Part shown: one piece after another, positions 1-12,964 of the stretch
Layout of the letters: each line of letters begins with the position of its first letter
Position numbering within the stretch: the first letter of the stretch is position 1
NCBI GenBank assembly: GCA_030141605.1
Contig: JAQGDQ010000019.1
Location: forward strand, 682,001 to 746,000
Direction: 5' to 3'
Length of the DNA stretch: 64,000 bases
Source: Tubiluchus corallicola
Lineage: Eukaryota; Animalia; Priapulida
Made by a program: the position numbers and the translations under genes
Notes under the pieces: model-generated
The model's input: only the letters and a program-made list of their open reading frames with translations
Told to the model about the DNA's origin: nothing
Databases searched by the model: none

Positions 1-1620
1 TATTTTTTGTGAATGTAAATTGTAATGTATAGGTTTGGTAGCGATCCTATTTTAACAAAACAAAATACAAATTTTAATATAAAACATAATAAAGAGATTT
101 AATCGTATTTAAGCACATACAGAATAATAACATTTTAAGTTTTTTTAAAGGTGTGATGGCTCAAGCGTACAAATTTTACATCAAATGTTATCACATAATA
201 CTATTGTTAAATTTAGATATCTAGATAATTATTTAATAATATAATGATTGGTTCATATTTAACTGATTAATTATCTAGATTTAGTAGAAGAAATCCGAAA
301 CCTCACAACTTTATTATCAAATCAATAGTATTAGTAGTGCCACCGCAAAAGTAAACACGGACAATATGCTGTTGTAGAGACAGTATATCGTCGTTTTTCA
401 TTTTGCCATAGTCCTACTGGTACTTATAAGGTTTAATTATCTATATGCACAAATTTTATATTAGAGTGCATATCTCTAATTTACAAGCTTCAGTATTATT
501 CGTGCAGTTCAAAAGATATTACTTCATTGATTTTGCATATGTGAGAAACGTTAAAAGTGTCAAAGTCAAAAATGAGATCTCGTACGCAGCATCTCATGCT
601 GCCAACTCATATTCATAATTCTAGCACATTATTCACCAACGTGTTACTACGAGGTTATCCATCCACGAATATTAACTAATATGCTCCTTCTACGTATTGG
701 TATAAACAGAGCATTTTTACTTGCACCGTAGCGTAGTGCCTTAGGATGATGAAATGGCATGGCGATGATGAGGAAAGAAGGGGAAGGATAGTCGTGAAAG
801 GCAGCGACTCGGATAACCATGCTTATACAGCTTATAGCACCCAAAGAACTAGCATTCAGTATCAGATATTAATTTTCTAGAAAGTTGACATTCTATTATT
901 ATCACCTATTGTTTTAACATCACCTGATTGATAGAAAGTGTAGAAAATTGCTATAGTGATCTTAGGGTATGTGGCTAAACTGGTTATTTCACGTGAGTGG
1001 GCCGCGCTTTGGGCTTGATCTGTGCCAAAATTTAAATTATGAGCTACCAAATTTGGTTGAATTTTATAATTTGCAGCCACGACGCAATTATTGGTTGAGG
1101 GACTTGGTCTAGGACTCGATCGAAGAGGAAATTGGGAACGACTCAGTGAATTTGCAATATCTGTATCGATGTTGAATTTTCGCGATTTTGAATTCAAGAT
1201 GACAGCAATAACATTATTTTCGAAAAAATGCCTGGTGCTCCATGAATTCGTAAAATATACTAGAACAGTGGTTTTCAGCGAGGGTAAATTCCACCACTGG
1301 GGATATGTTTATAAGGGAAATTGCATGAAGCCAGAGATTGACAGACTCACGTTGTTGAAATACTGATCTGTTTACAAACAACAATCATGTAAATTGTGCA
1401 TAATTAATCTGTAACATATCACACAATTGTGTTGACTACAGACTAATAATTTGTTGTGTTGACACATACCACAGACTAATAATTTTAAAAACCACTTCTG
1501 CTTGCAATTCTGTTACCTTACCAAGTTATAATTTTAGTAATCTCCCAATAATTTGTGAATTGCTAATCATGGTAAATTTGTAAATATCCATTACAGGAAT
1601 AAGCTAAACAAATCTAGAAT

Positions 1621-2132
1621 GTCATTAATTAAATGATAACTGTGATTGCCAGAATTTTTATAAACTATTGTTGTCTATTTTATCAATTATTACCCCTTGC
1701 GGGTATTGAGTTGGGCAAAGGAGACACTGAAAAATTGTGGACTAGACGGGATTTGACAGCATACCTATGACAATAGGGGAATACTTATGGGGATAATACG
1801 ATATCACTATTTAAATATGACTTTGATTGCCAGACTTCCCAGGTCTCGCGTCTTAATTATTAATGATAGCAATCGTTAGTTGCCAGCTAATTTGGGAAAG
1901 TATAGTATCCCCCTTCTGTCGTGGGTACAGGTGGCGTTGTTGGTTTGTGAGCTACAATTAGGAAATCTTAGGTCTGCTCTGTCACGCTTGATTGGTTTAA
2001 ATCTGGACTGGTCGACAATTTTTCAGTGTCTCTGTACTCCAACTCATTACCCGCAATAGGCAATAATTGACAAAATAAACCGCAATGCTTTATGAAAAAT
2101 TCTGGTAATTAGAGTCATAATTTATTAATGAC
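1621..2132. mobile_element. Foldback/MITE-like element with ~130-bp imperfect inverted arms
   Basis: 1621-1750 (gtcattaattaaatgataactgtgattgccagaattttt...gcgggtattgagttgg...gagacactgaaaaattgt) is the approximate reverse complement of 2000-2132; no coding capacity. Confidence 0.6.
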
Positions 2133-3595
2133 ATCGTTAGTTGCCACCTAATTTGGGAAAGTCTAGAATGTACTCATATATAACCAGACAATCTTGGGAA
2201 GGGGTGGCATTCTGAAGGGGTGACATTAGCAATACCAATGCATTAAAAATCAGCCAATTTTAGAAGAGGGAATTTTTTTATCCGCGGTTTTGAATTCAAG
2301 ATGGCAGCGATAACATCAATTTCGAAAAAATACAAGAGAAATAAAGTAGCCACCTGGTGATTGCAGTCATGCGCGCCATGCACTGATTTTACTATATCAA
2401 AACGGTCGAGGCCATCGAACAATGGTCTTTTTTATCTCCAAACTGGCAAGAAAAACACCTTTACAGATGATAATGTTCTATAATATGATATAGGTCTGCA
2501 GTGCAAGATCAACTTCTTGGACTTGAGTATGGGTTCTTGGAAGTGATACGAGTGAATGATTGCAAATCTGCAGTACTTGTAACCATGTTCTGTAAGAGCC
2601 TCTAAACGTGTGGTGACAAAAAACTTTTTTGTTAAATTAATCAGGGCATGCTAATGGGGGATGAACTTAGTGAGGCAACAGACGATCCTTATTCAGTTGT
2701 TCAAAATCACGTCAATTTTCTGGAAAAGCAAAAGGAAGGCAAACAGACAAAACAGGTGAGAAAAAGAAAAAGAGCTATCAGTGTGAAAACTGATTGAAAG
2801 TATATTATATTGACGTCCTGAATATGTTAGTATTCATCACGTTTATCTTATACAGCGTAGGTACAATGCAGCTGAGCAATGTGTACAACTTCTACAATAT
2901 CTATTACAATAACGTGTGCGCCTGAGGTAGTAAATGGATCTTTTTTGATTATTTAAATTGTAGGGTACATCTCTTTGAAATCCCGTTGATGAGGAGTCTA
3001 ACAATTTTTGTCTACCATATGTTTTGTGAACTGTTCTTGTCTTTTAGTATCAGTCATTCGCTTTTAGCGAAATTTGGCTATCAAAGCGGTTAGGAAACTG
3101 TATTCGCCTTTCTTAACTGGCAATTTCAACTAGAAAATATTGCCTAACACTGGAGGTAATCGTCCATATTGTGTATTAGAGCGTTCCCTTTACAGCTTAT
3201 TGCCCATGTTTCGTGAAATGGCAACTTTGCTGGAAGTTCGATCGTAACTTCGATGAAAAAGAAAACAACTGAGTCGTTATTCGGCTATGATTACTTCGCA
3301 TTTTTACTAGTCACATAAGGTCATGTAGCTACGTTTTGGTCTATATTTTTTAAATAGGATGTGAAAACTATATACTGCACACAGAGACATTAATAAAACT
3401 TAGTTGATTAGTATACTACATTAACCAGAAAAATTACCCTCTCCATTTTGATTTTCTCTTTTCAGATGTTAAATTTTTATAAAAAGAATTCAGACAGGCC
3501 TCTTTTACAGATATGTTTTAAATTGAAACAAATTAATTTATTATGCCTTACGCATCGAAAGCAAGTCGACTAATTCTGGCACACATGCAGTCGTG

Positions 3596-3975
3596 TGGCA
3601 AGCGAAATTTTCAATATTTAGAAATACCTGATTTTGTGAGCAAAATGGTAGTTTCGCTTTAAAAATCCTAGGTTTTTCTACCACGATTTCTGAACGAAAT
3701 TCTGATTTTCAGAGTAAAACTCAGGATTTCTGAGCAAAAGTATTATTTAAAGCGAAACTAAAGCAAAACTGGGAGTTAATAGCAAAACCATAGTTTTCTA
3801 AGCGAAACCAGAGTTTTCTGAGGAAAACTTAGAGCTTCTATGGACTAGAATTTCTTTAAATTGGAGTTCACTGAGCGAAACCTACAATTTCTGTAAATCT
3901 GAATTTTCTGAGTGAAACTTCATAAAATGGTAAAAATGGCGATATCATTAATTAATCAGAAATTGCCGCTTGCCA
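3596..3975. repeat. Degenerate ~21-bp minisatellite array bounded by short inverted repeats (MITE-like)
   Basis: Units such as ggatttctgagcaaaac and gttttctaagcgaaacc recur through 3630-3920. Ends tggcaagcg (3596) and cgcttgcca (to 3975) are 9-bp inverted repeats. Confidence 0.6.
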
Positions 3976-4168
3976 AATCGCTCTAAACGAATACGTTTAG
4001 TTCTGTTGACAGTGTGTTGTGCCTTCTTCTCTGAGAAATTTAGATAGAGAAATTGAGATGGACACGAACGGTTTCAGGCGAACATTTGCTTTTGCTTCTT
4101 GGATTTTTGTCTAATATAAAGCGGATGGAATGTATTGTGAATTATGATTAATGATTATTAATCAATAA

Positions 4169-5020
4169 CCCAGTTTATATATTTATAATTAAATTAATGG
4201 TGAAATTCTGGTTGCGTATATTAGAAATGCCTGAAGATAGTTTAGTACTCAATGCTTACTTGATGTGTAAATGGTAACAATACTTGGGTTACATGCATTA
4301 GGAAGATATTAACTAAACTTGGCTTTACCCAAGTACTTTCAGCAAAACTAAGCTAATTCATTCAACCGGAAAAAATCGTGCAGTAATTATAATAGCTATT
4401 TTATAAATGCTATCCATAATGATAGTGCTCATCCAAATGTGTATAAACTAGAAAATCATCTTTTGATTACTGGTATTCCTAGAACACATAAGGAAACCTA
4501 CACAAAATTCCGTGTTAGCGCGCACAGATTACAAATTGAAGCTGGTCGATACACCAGACCTAAAGCACCTGTTGATATGAGAAAATGTACTTTATGTAAG
4601 AATGGGAGCGCGGACGATGACTTTCAGTTTAGAATGCAATGCAATGTTTATTGTCAAGAAAGGACTGCGTTCTTAAATCAAATATCAGATATCTTTCCAG
4701 AATTCTCATCCTTGTGTGATAGTGATAAATTTATACTTTTAAACAAACGTTTAGATGTGGAAGTTAAGAAATTGTTGATTAATTATGTGCATAAAATTTC
4801 AACAATACGTGATTCTAAATGAAGATGTGTGAATTAATTTTGCTAAGATTTAATGTATCAATGAGCACTGTGATATATATGTAGATGTGTTTGTTATAAA
4901 TTATGGTATATTTTTTAATCAAATATGCTTAAAAAGAGCCCTGTATTTGTAGGGACGTGTTCCTGTATGCGTTGTTTATTTAAGTGTGTGATTTGTTAAT
5001 TGTATTTGTTAATTGTGAAA
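4169..5020 (+). mobile_element. Decayed 3' end of a non-LTR retrotransposon (LINE, L2/CR1-group-like ORF2 C-terminus plus 3' UTR)
   Basis: Translates to VKFWLRILEMPEDSL..AY, then KFRVSAHRLQIEAGRY...RKCTLCKNGSADDDFQFRMQC..Y (ORF 4439-4822), the typical post-RT CxxC..H..C region, here degenerate. Frameshifts lie upstream; the clade call is from memory of motifs. Confidence 0.8.
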
Positions 5021-5056
5021 ACTTTCGGTATTAGGTGCGTTTTCTGCTGGGTCATT

Positions 5057-5517
5057 CAGTGGCATAGCAAGAGCTTGTAGCGCCCGGAGGCAAAAAAATG
5101 CTTGGTGCCTGCTCTTACAATATTTTGATCATTTATTTCGTAGGTAAAGCCACAAATCGCGCGCGTTTTTGCGTCCCCGAGTCCGACATTCCTTTTTCGA
5201 CATAATGGATAAAGATAAACGCACCAACCTGAGTTTGATTTGCTGTACTGCACCAGAATAACTCTTTTCTGTGCTTGCGTTGCGCGTAACACGACATTAA
5301 GTAACAACATTAGCCTTTTTTCTAGGCTGTACATAGTAATTAAGTTAGCTACGATGATCTCTAACTAGGCAATTTTGTTGTAATTTGAAAACTTTTGTTA
5401 ATTGTTTTGTTAATGTCAAATTAGTAACCAACAATTAACAGTCATTAAACTCTAGAAGAATTTTGCCCCCTCTCACCCGTGCACCCAGGGGCGATTGCCC
5501 ACTCTGCTACGCCTCTG
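5057..5517. mobile_element. Non-autonomous DNA transposon (hAT-like MITE)
   Basis: Left end cagtggcatagca, right end tgctacgcctctg (rc cagaggcgtagca); GC-rich subterminal gggca/tgccc motifs; no clear TSD. Confidence 0.55.
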
Positions 5518-6309
5518 CGTGAAGCCATGAATTAGTGATTAGCACATAAAGGCCCTCAACAAAAGGATGTTTATTAGATATCAGTAACTACGTATCGTCA
5601 GAAGCTTTTTACGCATGCCCCAAGTGTTATATACTGGCAGTATTCCTTGGCTATACTTTGAACTGAAAACATATATATGTCTCTCTTCTGAAGCAGCTAC
5701 CTTGCTATTGTGATTGGTGTTCTGGATTTAATGTAACAGTGTGGCTTAAGAAGCACTGATGCGATCTGGATAGGTGATGGTGTAGTGCTGGCCTACTTAG
5801 TGAGCCTACTGGAACACGACCATCCTGTGTTGCTGTTGGAGGAACATTATATTTAGTGGAGTGCGTAGTTGTTCTTGTTTACTGTGGAAAGCTCTTGGTC
5901 TTTAGTAAATCGGGCACAGAAAGAAATGACGCTACTTGACTATAGATCAATTAGTCTTTATAATGCACTAATTAGAAATAAGTCTGTTTCTTTTCGCGCT
6001 AATCTTGCATTGTGAATTATTGGATTAGAGTTGTTTATTATTCAGCTATAATTCACTGCTGCTGTTTGAGTTTTTATTATGTTGCGTGATAGCTCGAGGT
6101 GCTAACATGTAATAACATGTGAATACCGCAAGTAGTTTTGAGACTATTTTATCTCAGTTTGATCAATTAAATGCATTTGCATACTATAAAACACCCAAAA
6201 CGTTAGAATCAATTCAGTTATTATCATGAACAAAAAAAATCACGTGTTTGAGTCAGTAATACGCGTGCGCGTAAATTTGCGAAGGGTCTAATATGTTAGC
6301 AACTACAAT

Positions 6310-6610
6310 TACGATTTTCTGTAAACCACAGTTTCCCTTGCTTGGTCACGCCCACCAAGCAAAGCATGGGTTTCGTTCCAGAAGTCCTAGGTGTTGCTAC
6401 CAAAACTGCGATAATGTCAGCAAAACTAGGGTTTACAAGCAAAACCCACGGATGATTTCTGCGTTTAACTGCAGTTTTAGATGAAGACCGAAATACTGGA
6501 TTTCTAAGCAAAACTACGGTTTAAATGCAAAACCTGTAATTTCTGGAGCTTTACTAGGATTTAACAGCAAAACATGGGTTTTCTGAACAAAACTATGGTC
6601 TTCTAAGCCA
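6310..6610. repeat. Second degenerate ~21-bp minisatellite array, same family as 3630-3920
   Basis: Units ggatttctaagcaaaact, gggttttctgaacaaaact, ggatttaacagcaaaaca. Confidence 0.6.
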
Positions 6611-7271
6611 TGCATGTCGATTTACGTTGGCCGTTCTTGTACGCGACAAAGACCTTGGTGCTAATCTATAAATGTCAAAGAGTAATTGTCAAATTTTGAA
6701 TAATTAAAATGAATGACATAAGCGGTCCCATAAGTGAGATCGAATACGACGAAAGTGTTACAACATTGAATATGTTCATTTAAGCATTATCCCATCTGCA
6801 CCTGCGTCTTTATTGTATAATTAAGATGCATGGGGGATAACGAACTTTCAATTTTCTCAAACAACAGGACGAATAAAGCCATGTACCCAGTCATGAGGGT
6901 GTGTGCGCGCGCACGTGTGTTGGCTTTTTGTAAGCTCACTAGCCGTTTCATTGCCCAAAGCTCTAAAAACCGAAGCATATAAAATTCCAAATTAAGACTA
7001 GATTTAATTGTAAACAGACTTCTATTTCATATAGTTCTGCGAAATTTTTCGTAGGGATTTTGAAAACTTAAAGAAAGCTTGCGCTTCAGTTTGTTCAATT
7101 TAAACTTCATTTGCATTTTGATATGCTAGCAGACCAGTAAAAACTTAAATGGTTATTTCTCGTTACGATAAATGCAACTATGATACAAAATAATTATAAC
7201 GTACTATACAATTTCATTTTTGCAAATACGAAGAGAAGAGGCGGTAGCTTTTTGCGCGCAGTTTTAGTTTT

Positions 7272-7304
7272 TATAAATAAAACAATTTGCCAGTGAATTT
7301 AGTC
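7272..7304 (+). promoter_or_regulatory. Candidate TATA + Inr core promoter for the plus-strand peptide gene
   Basis: TATAAATA at 7272, TTAGTC Inr-like motif with its A at 7301 (29 nt later), strong donor gtaagt at 7481. Several upstream ATGs in the implied exon weaken the call. Confidence 0.3.
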
Positions 7305-8095
7305 TTGAAAAATTACAACACAATAAAATGGCATCTATACAATGGTTCATTAATAAGATGCTCCCATGTCCACCTGCACTAAAGAGTTTCTCTTAAATTT
7401 TATGAGTCCACAGTATGAGAATTTCTGCTGTAATGTATTATGATTATGCTTTCGAAGCCTAATCAATTGACCACAGTAACGTAAGTAATAGAGCCTTGAG
7501 AACACATTAGTTAAATGCTAACCAGCACGCCCATACTATCACATTATATTTACGAAATCTTTTGTCATCGTCTACGCCTGCTAGACACTAACAACTGATG
7601 CTAATAGCTATATCTAGTTTCTGCGCCAGTACCTTGGCTAAACACTATGATTATTATGCCAGTTCATGTATGCGCCTATAACTAAGACAAACAATTACGA
7701 GAAATATATGGTTCCCAACGGCATGGTTAGTAAGCGCGCTTTTATTATTTTGATGGCTAGAGTTTATATCAATTAGTACTGCTAGATAATGTTACAGTGT
7801 TATAGCTTCCTATTTTGCCGTACTGAAGACAGAGAGAAGAATTTGGCCTGGGCAAAGTTGATGAAATATGAAATTGAACACTGCCAAGTTGCATAACCGG
7901 GTTAAAAATTTCAACAGAACTCTGTTTTTGTACTAGTATTTTGTCTTGGCCTATTTCATTAGAACAAATTCGTTTAATATGTTAGATATGTTGGATCCGC
8001 TTCATGGATAAGTCACTTTGGAAAAACTAGATTGATCACTAATAAAGTCACCCGTGTAATGACAACAAAATGACATTGATAACAGAAATGCTAAC

Positions 8096-8936
8096 CATAG
8101 GCGTACGGGATGAAGTTTCACTAGGGGGGCAAAAGAAATTTGCCCTGAAATTGTTTTCTAACTTGCCCTACTTTGGGTGATTTCAAAAGAAGTGCAGTCA
8201 ATGGGCCACATAATTATGTAGGGTACAGACTGACAAAAGTGTCTAAAACAAAATATTTACACTTATAGGTCCAACATAAATCCAGAAATCGTACCGCTGT
8301 TCATTTCTAGCTATCGCTTTTCTGACAACGTATAACTGATCTTCACTCAATCATAGTTTATAATAGTTTATTTTTTGGACTCTCCTGACATCCCACAGCA
8401 ATTGCATTAGTAATGGTATATAAATAAAAGAAGTCCAAATTATGATAATCTTTACTTAAAAAAATCACGAGTCTAACAGCACAAACCAAATGTTTCTGTT
8501 TCAACTGAACAAACATGCAAAAAATGCTTTCAAAGAACTTTTTCTAACGCTTCAGAAATTCAAAAGAAATAATGATGAAGGTTTACGTTTTCCTTTTGCA
8601 AACACTATAACTTTGCCAGCACACTGAGGACCATGTACTTAACAAGTATACAAACGACCAAGTGTGTAAAACTGATAGCATTTGCTATTATCAAAGTTAA
8701 CATTTAAAATTATTAAAAGTTAAAAACAATTCGTTGTACAAAAAGTACTTTAATTGCGGCCACTAAGAAGAGGTAGTGCAGTTCATAAACGATTTTTGAA
8801 TATTGAAATTTTAACTTTGAAATTTTAAAAAAACAATTACTTGCCCTGAAAATAACCAGCTTTTGCCCTGAAAATGTCTAATTTATTTGCCCAAGGAGGG
8901 CAACCGCCTCCCTTACCCCCGCCTGTTACGCTTATG
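8096..8936. mobile_element. hAT-like non-autonomous DNA transposon
   Basis: Ends cataggcgtacggg and cctgttacgcttatg (rc cataagcgtaacagg); repeated subterminal ttgccctgaaa; flanks atgctaac/aagctgac match 6/8, consistent with an old 8-bp TSD. Confidence 0.65.
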
Positions 8937-9237
8937 AAGCTGACGGCAACAAGATGGCAACAACAGCAGTAGTTATAAAACAAGCAGAACCAACGACAAT
9001 GACGGCGGCGCAGTAGTGGGTGGATACAGTGATAACGATTATATCGTCAACATCGATTACAACCAAACAAAACATCAGCAGCACTCAAAGCTGCTAAGGC
9101 TGCTAAGCTTATTAAATTAATATAAACATAAAACGTCTAACGTACACATAGAGACATAAATATACATATTCATATGCCAACATTTGACATAAATAAATTT
9201 TGCTGCTTTTGTTTTGTTACAGAATTTGCTGATAATA

Positions 9238-9279
9238 ATGGAAAAACTGATTGTCCAGTGGCTACTCCTTTTGAATCTG
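9238..9279 (+). CDS. Secreted cationic Cys-rich prepropeptide, coding exon 1 (MEKLIVQWLLLLNL)
   Basis: Exon 9223-9279 has acceptor gcttttgttttgttacag and donor G|gtaagt; ATG in strong context ataATGG; phase 0. Confidence 0.75.
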
Positions 9280-9488
9280 GTAAGTAGTGCACCTGTACCA
9301 GTATCTAATTCTTCTCTTGCGTATGTATAAATAACTAAGGCTTTAGCTGCAAGACTAAAATGCCGGGTTAGTCTAATTGGTTGCTAGTTGTTGAAACTTG
9401 TCATATGTAATGTGCTAATGTTTAATCGATTTTCAGGCTAAATCTAACTTAATCGCAGTTTCTGTTGTACTGGAAATTTTTTTGGATT

Positions 9489-9641
<153 letters not shown>

Positions 9642-12126
9642 CAGCCAAACACAACTAAAGAACTAGAAAACAAAAAACATCATAGGTGTCTGTTCAGACT
9701 GTGCCTCTCTGTGTGAGGGCCCTAGTAATAACGAAAGCCCTTGCTACTTTACACATGTGAACCATTTTATTTTAACCAGTCCAAGTAAGGCGTATCATAC
9801 AATCAGAGTTGAAGCATTAGCACAGCAGCGCGCCGATTGCAGATTTCTGTAAGAATTAATCTTGATGCAATTAGGTCTCTATTTTGTAAAAGAATGTATA
9901 AATGAGGTTAATGGGTTACATTAGCGAGCATAGATCGTCACGTATTTATGCGATTACATTTACAGCGTATACATTTACTTAATTATTCCAAGATTCTTTG
10001 GTCATAAAACAATGCTTCTTAATAGTCATTTAAGCTAAGTTTGAATAGCATTTGAATAGCGAGTTATTATCATCTCTTCGTTGTCTGTTTATATGATGTT
10101 GTTGCAGATAAAAATCGTAAATTAGCATACCATCCTATTAAACGATTTAACTTACACAGACCACACAGACAATCCAAAAAACAGTGGCCTAATTAAAAAC
10201 ACGACCAACAAGATAAATTCAGGCCGTTTCTTGTCGCGAAATGTATTTCCATGACTTTTAGCGCTCACCCACAGAACCCTGCAGTTTTAGTGTGCACATG
10301 AAGGACAGTCTATTTCTAGATTATCTATTTATTTTCGAAGTATGTAAAATTTTATGTGACCTTGGTTTTTGATCTTTTACATCTAGACATGCAACAGTTG
10401 TTGTGTATGCCAAAGACGGTTTTTTGATAGGCGTTTGCTTGCAAGCTATAACTTTACCAATGGTAAGGCCCAATGGTAAACCGTAGCTCAAAATGATTGA
10501 ATATGTAAAATATTGAAAATGAAAATAATGTTTATTCATGAATGTTTTACGTGAAAGATTTATTACAACGAAAGTAAAACAATTCACGTTCGCGCCGTTA
10601 GTTTTTCGTTGTTACATGCATTTCGCCATTCACTAACTGCAATGTAGTTAGTTGCACAGAGCGTCTGCGTCTCGGAAACGCGTTGCACAAGCAACAAGCG
10701 TTGTAAAACTCTGACGTAGTACACAATTGTGGATGAAATCACGTGTTGGCACAGCGGTACGCTTGAAATTTAATTATTTAAACTCAAATTTGCCGTATTT
10801 CAATTTTCGAGGAATATTTTGCCGCTTGAAAATTTCCAAGTCAATATTTAATTATGATAAATATCTTTGCATTATTATAGGTGACAAAATGTAAACTTTT
10901 TACCGTATTTCAAAATGGGATAGGATCTGAAAGGTCATCCTGTCTCACTTTAAAGAAAAAACCAACAAAGAGAAGTTGGTCTTATTTAAATCTTAGAGAA
11001 AAAATCTTAGAAAATTTCAGGTGTAAAACTGCGATAAGTGTTTCTTGTAATTAATAAAATCAATTAAAATCGCGATCATTTCACGCTTTTTGAACGAAAT
11101 GTAATCTATTTGGCGTATAGTACGATATCAGCACTTACGTATTCCGGTGGGTTCTTAATCTAGCTTTGTTGCAACTAACAACTATGTATATGTAATATAT
11201 ATACACTTACTACCACTTCTAATGTAAATATGTCTTTTATCCCGTAATGTAAGTTCTATAATATATGGTACATTTTGTACTGAAATAACAATATAAATAA
11301 AAATAAATAAAAAATGAAAATTTAATTGTTATTAAAATTCACTGGATGTTGTCGAGAGTTGTTCTTTTCTTTTAAGTATGAGATTAAAATAGTTTGCTTA
11401 GACATACAGATATATCTGAATGGATATTTCTCAACAATTCAGGTCGAAATGGTAATTTGTTGACCTGCAACGTGCCTTATTTTACAACTGTCGTCTTCTA
11501 AATTGTTCTTTGAATTTCTGTAAATTGAACTAATGAAATTTTGCCCCCTGCCTTTGTTGCAGCTGTTTTTAATTCTATAGGTGCTATCGTGTTGCAGTTC
11601 ATAATTATCGAAACTGTGATTTAACTAATACATCAAAAAGCGATCTTTTCATTGCAACTTTGGAACTTTAAAGGTCACATTGAGCGTTTTTATAAGTTGC
11701 TTTCAACTAAAAAGCGTTGGCCATAGCATAAAAGTTGGAATTAATTTTTTTATGTATTTAGTTGTAAAACGTTTGCTTCGTTTCAGTTTCACCCAGGGAC
11801 TTCATAAGACACCAGCCTATAATCTTAGTAGGTGAACTGGTCATAGCAAACACAATTTAAACACTAACCAAGCAACAATCAACAATAAAATCAACCGGCA
11901 TAGATCATCCGGAAACAGCAACAACGTCTATATACCAGAAGTAGCAACACCTCTATATGAAATTTCCTTTGCAGTTTGGTGTCTAATAACTGTCATTAGG
12001 GAGAAACTAAAGATTTATCAACGTGTTTTTCCATTACATTGCCGTATATATCAGATAAATTAAAAAAACGTTATGATTATTTTGTACAGGTTATTTTTTC
12101 ATTATTTTCAAAATGTCTCCCTGTAG

Positions 12127-12235
12127 GTTGTTGTATCCATATTTGGTCAACAGATAGAAAAGGTCAGTCCTTTAGATGAATCCGGCTTAACCGACAGCAA
12201 CGAGTATTACTCAGACAGCAACAACGATTTACAAG
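12127..12235 (+). CDS. Secreted cationic Cys-rich prepropeptide, coding exon 2 (end of signal peptide + anionic propiece)
   Basis: Acceptor ttttcaaaatgtctccctgtag, phase 0; encodes VVVSIFGQQIEKVSPLDESGLTDSNEYYSDSNNDLQ; donor AAG|gtatta, phase 1; 109 nt. Confidence 0.72.
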
Positions 12236-12913
12236 GTATTACAAGTTTACTGAAAAATGTTCGAAGTGCAACTGCCGTTAACCACGATTCATCATGGAAA
12301 AAGCATGACAATACTATAGATTAAAAAATATTCAAGGTAAAAACGAAATACGGGCACTACTGCACATTGTCCCAGAACTTTAGTGACATAAATATTACGA
12401 AAATTTAAATGAACATTGATTTAAAAAATGTAGAAAACGTTAGCTTCAATTAGAGTATGTAGCAATTTAAGTACAACCAGTTGCCCTTCTGGCAAAGCCA
12501 AGTCAAGGGTAAAGATCATAGCCTAATAATAATTCGGCCTTTGTGCCCGTAATATGCAAAAAGTTCGAGGTTCAAATCTCCAATGCGAGTATTCCACATT
12601 TCCTTCTCCGCAAAACATATTGTTGCGTATTTGTGTTCAGTCTGTCGCCTATTGACATTCCTGGCGATTTAAGTTAAAACCATCTGATTGGTAAAGACCT
12701 GTAGTAATGAATGAATTAAAGTACACAAAAAGAGCAGAACTAAAAAGCCTGTTGAGCAATTTTCTGACGTTAAACGACTTTTTCACCTTTTGACGTTTGA
12801 TGAGCTTCATTTTTTCTAAATTCGAACAGTTTGATACCCGTGCTTCTGGTTGCAACTTACCTGGGTAGTGGTGAGTTCGGAAAAAGTGACACAAAAATAT
12901 AGTTGGTTCGATT

Positions 12914-12964
12914 TGGGTATTGATTCCCCCCCATTACAGCATGGGTATTGATTCCCCCCCATTA
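12914..12964. repeat. Tandem duplication, 28-bp period (tgggtattgattccccccca..)
   Basis: Two identical 23-bp copies at 12914 and 12942. Confidence 0.85.

Noticed and set aside
3630-3920. Regularly spaced repeats as a possible CRISPR array
   Set aside because: Degenerate tandem units without unique spacers, eukaryotic context, no cas genes.
10108-10196. Alternative phase-1 model joining exon 9223-9279 (FADNNGKTDCPVATPFES) to an acceptor at about 10107
   Set aside because: No start codon or upstream coding exon found and it stops after about 29 codons. The phase-0 model gives a coherent signal peptide and precursor.
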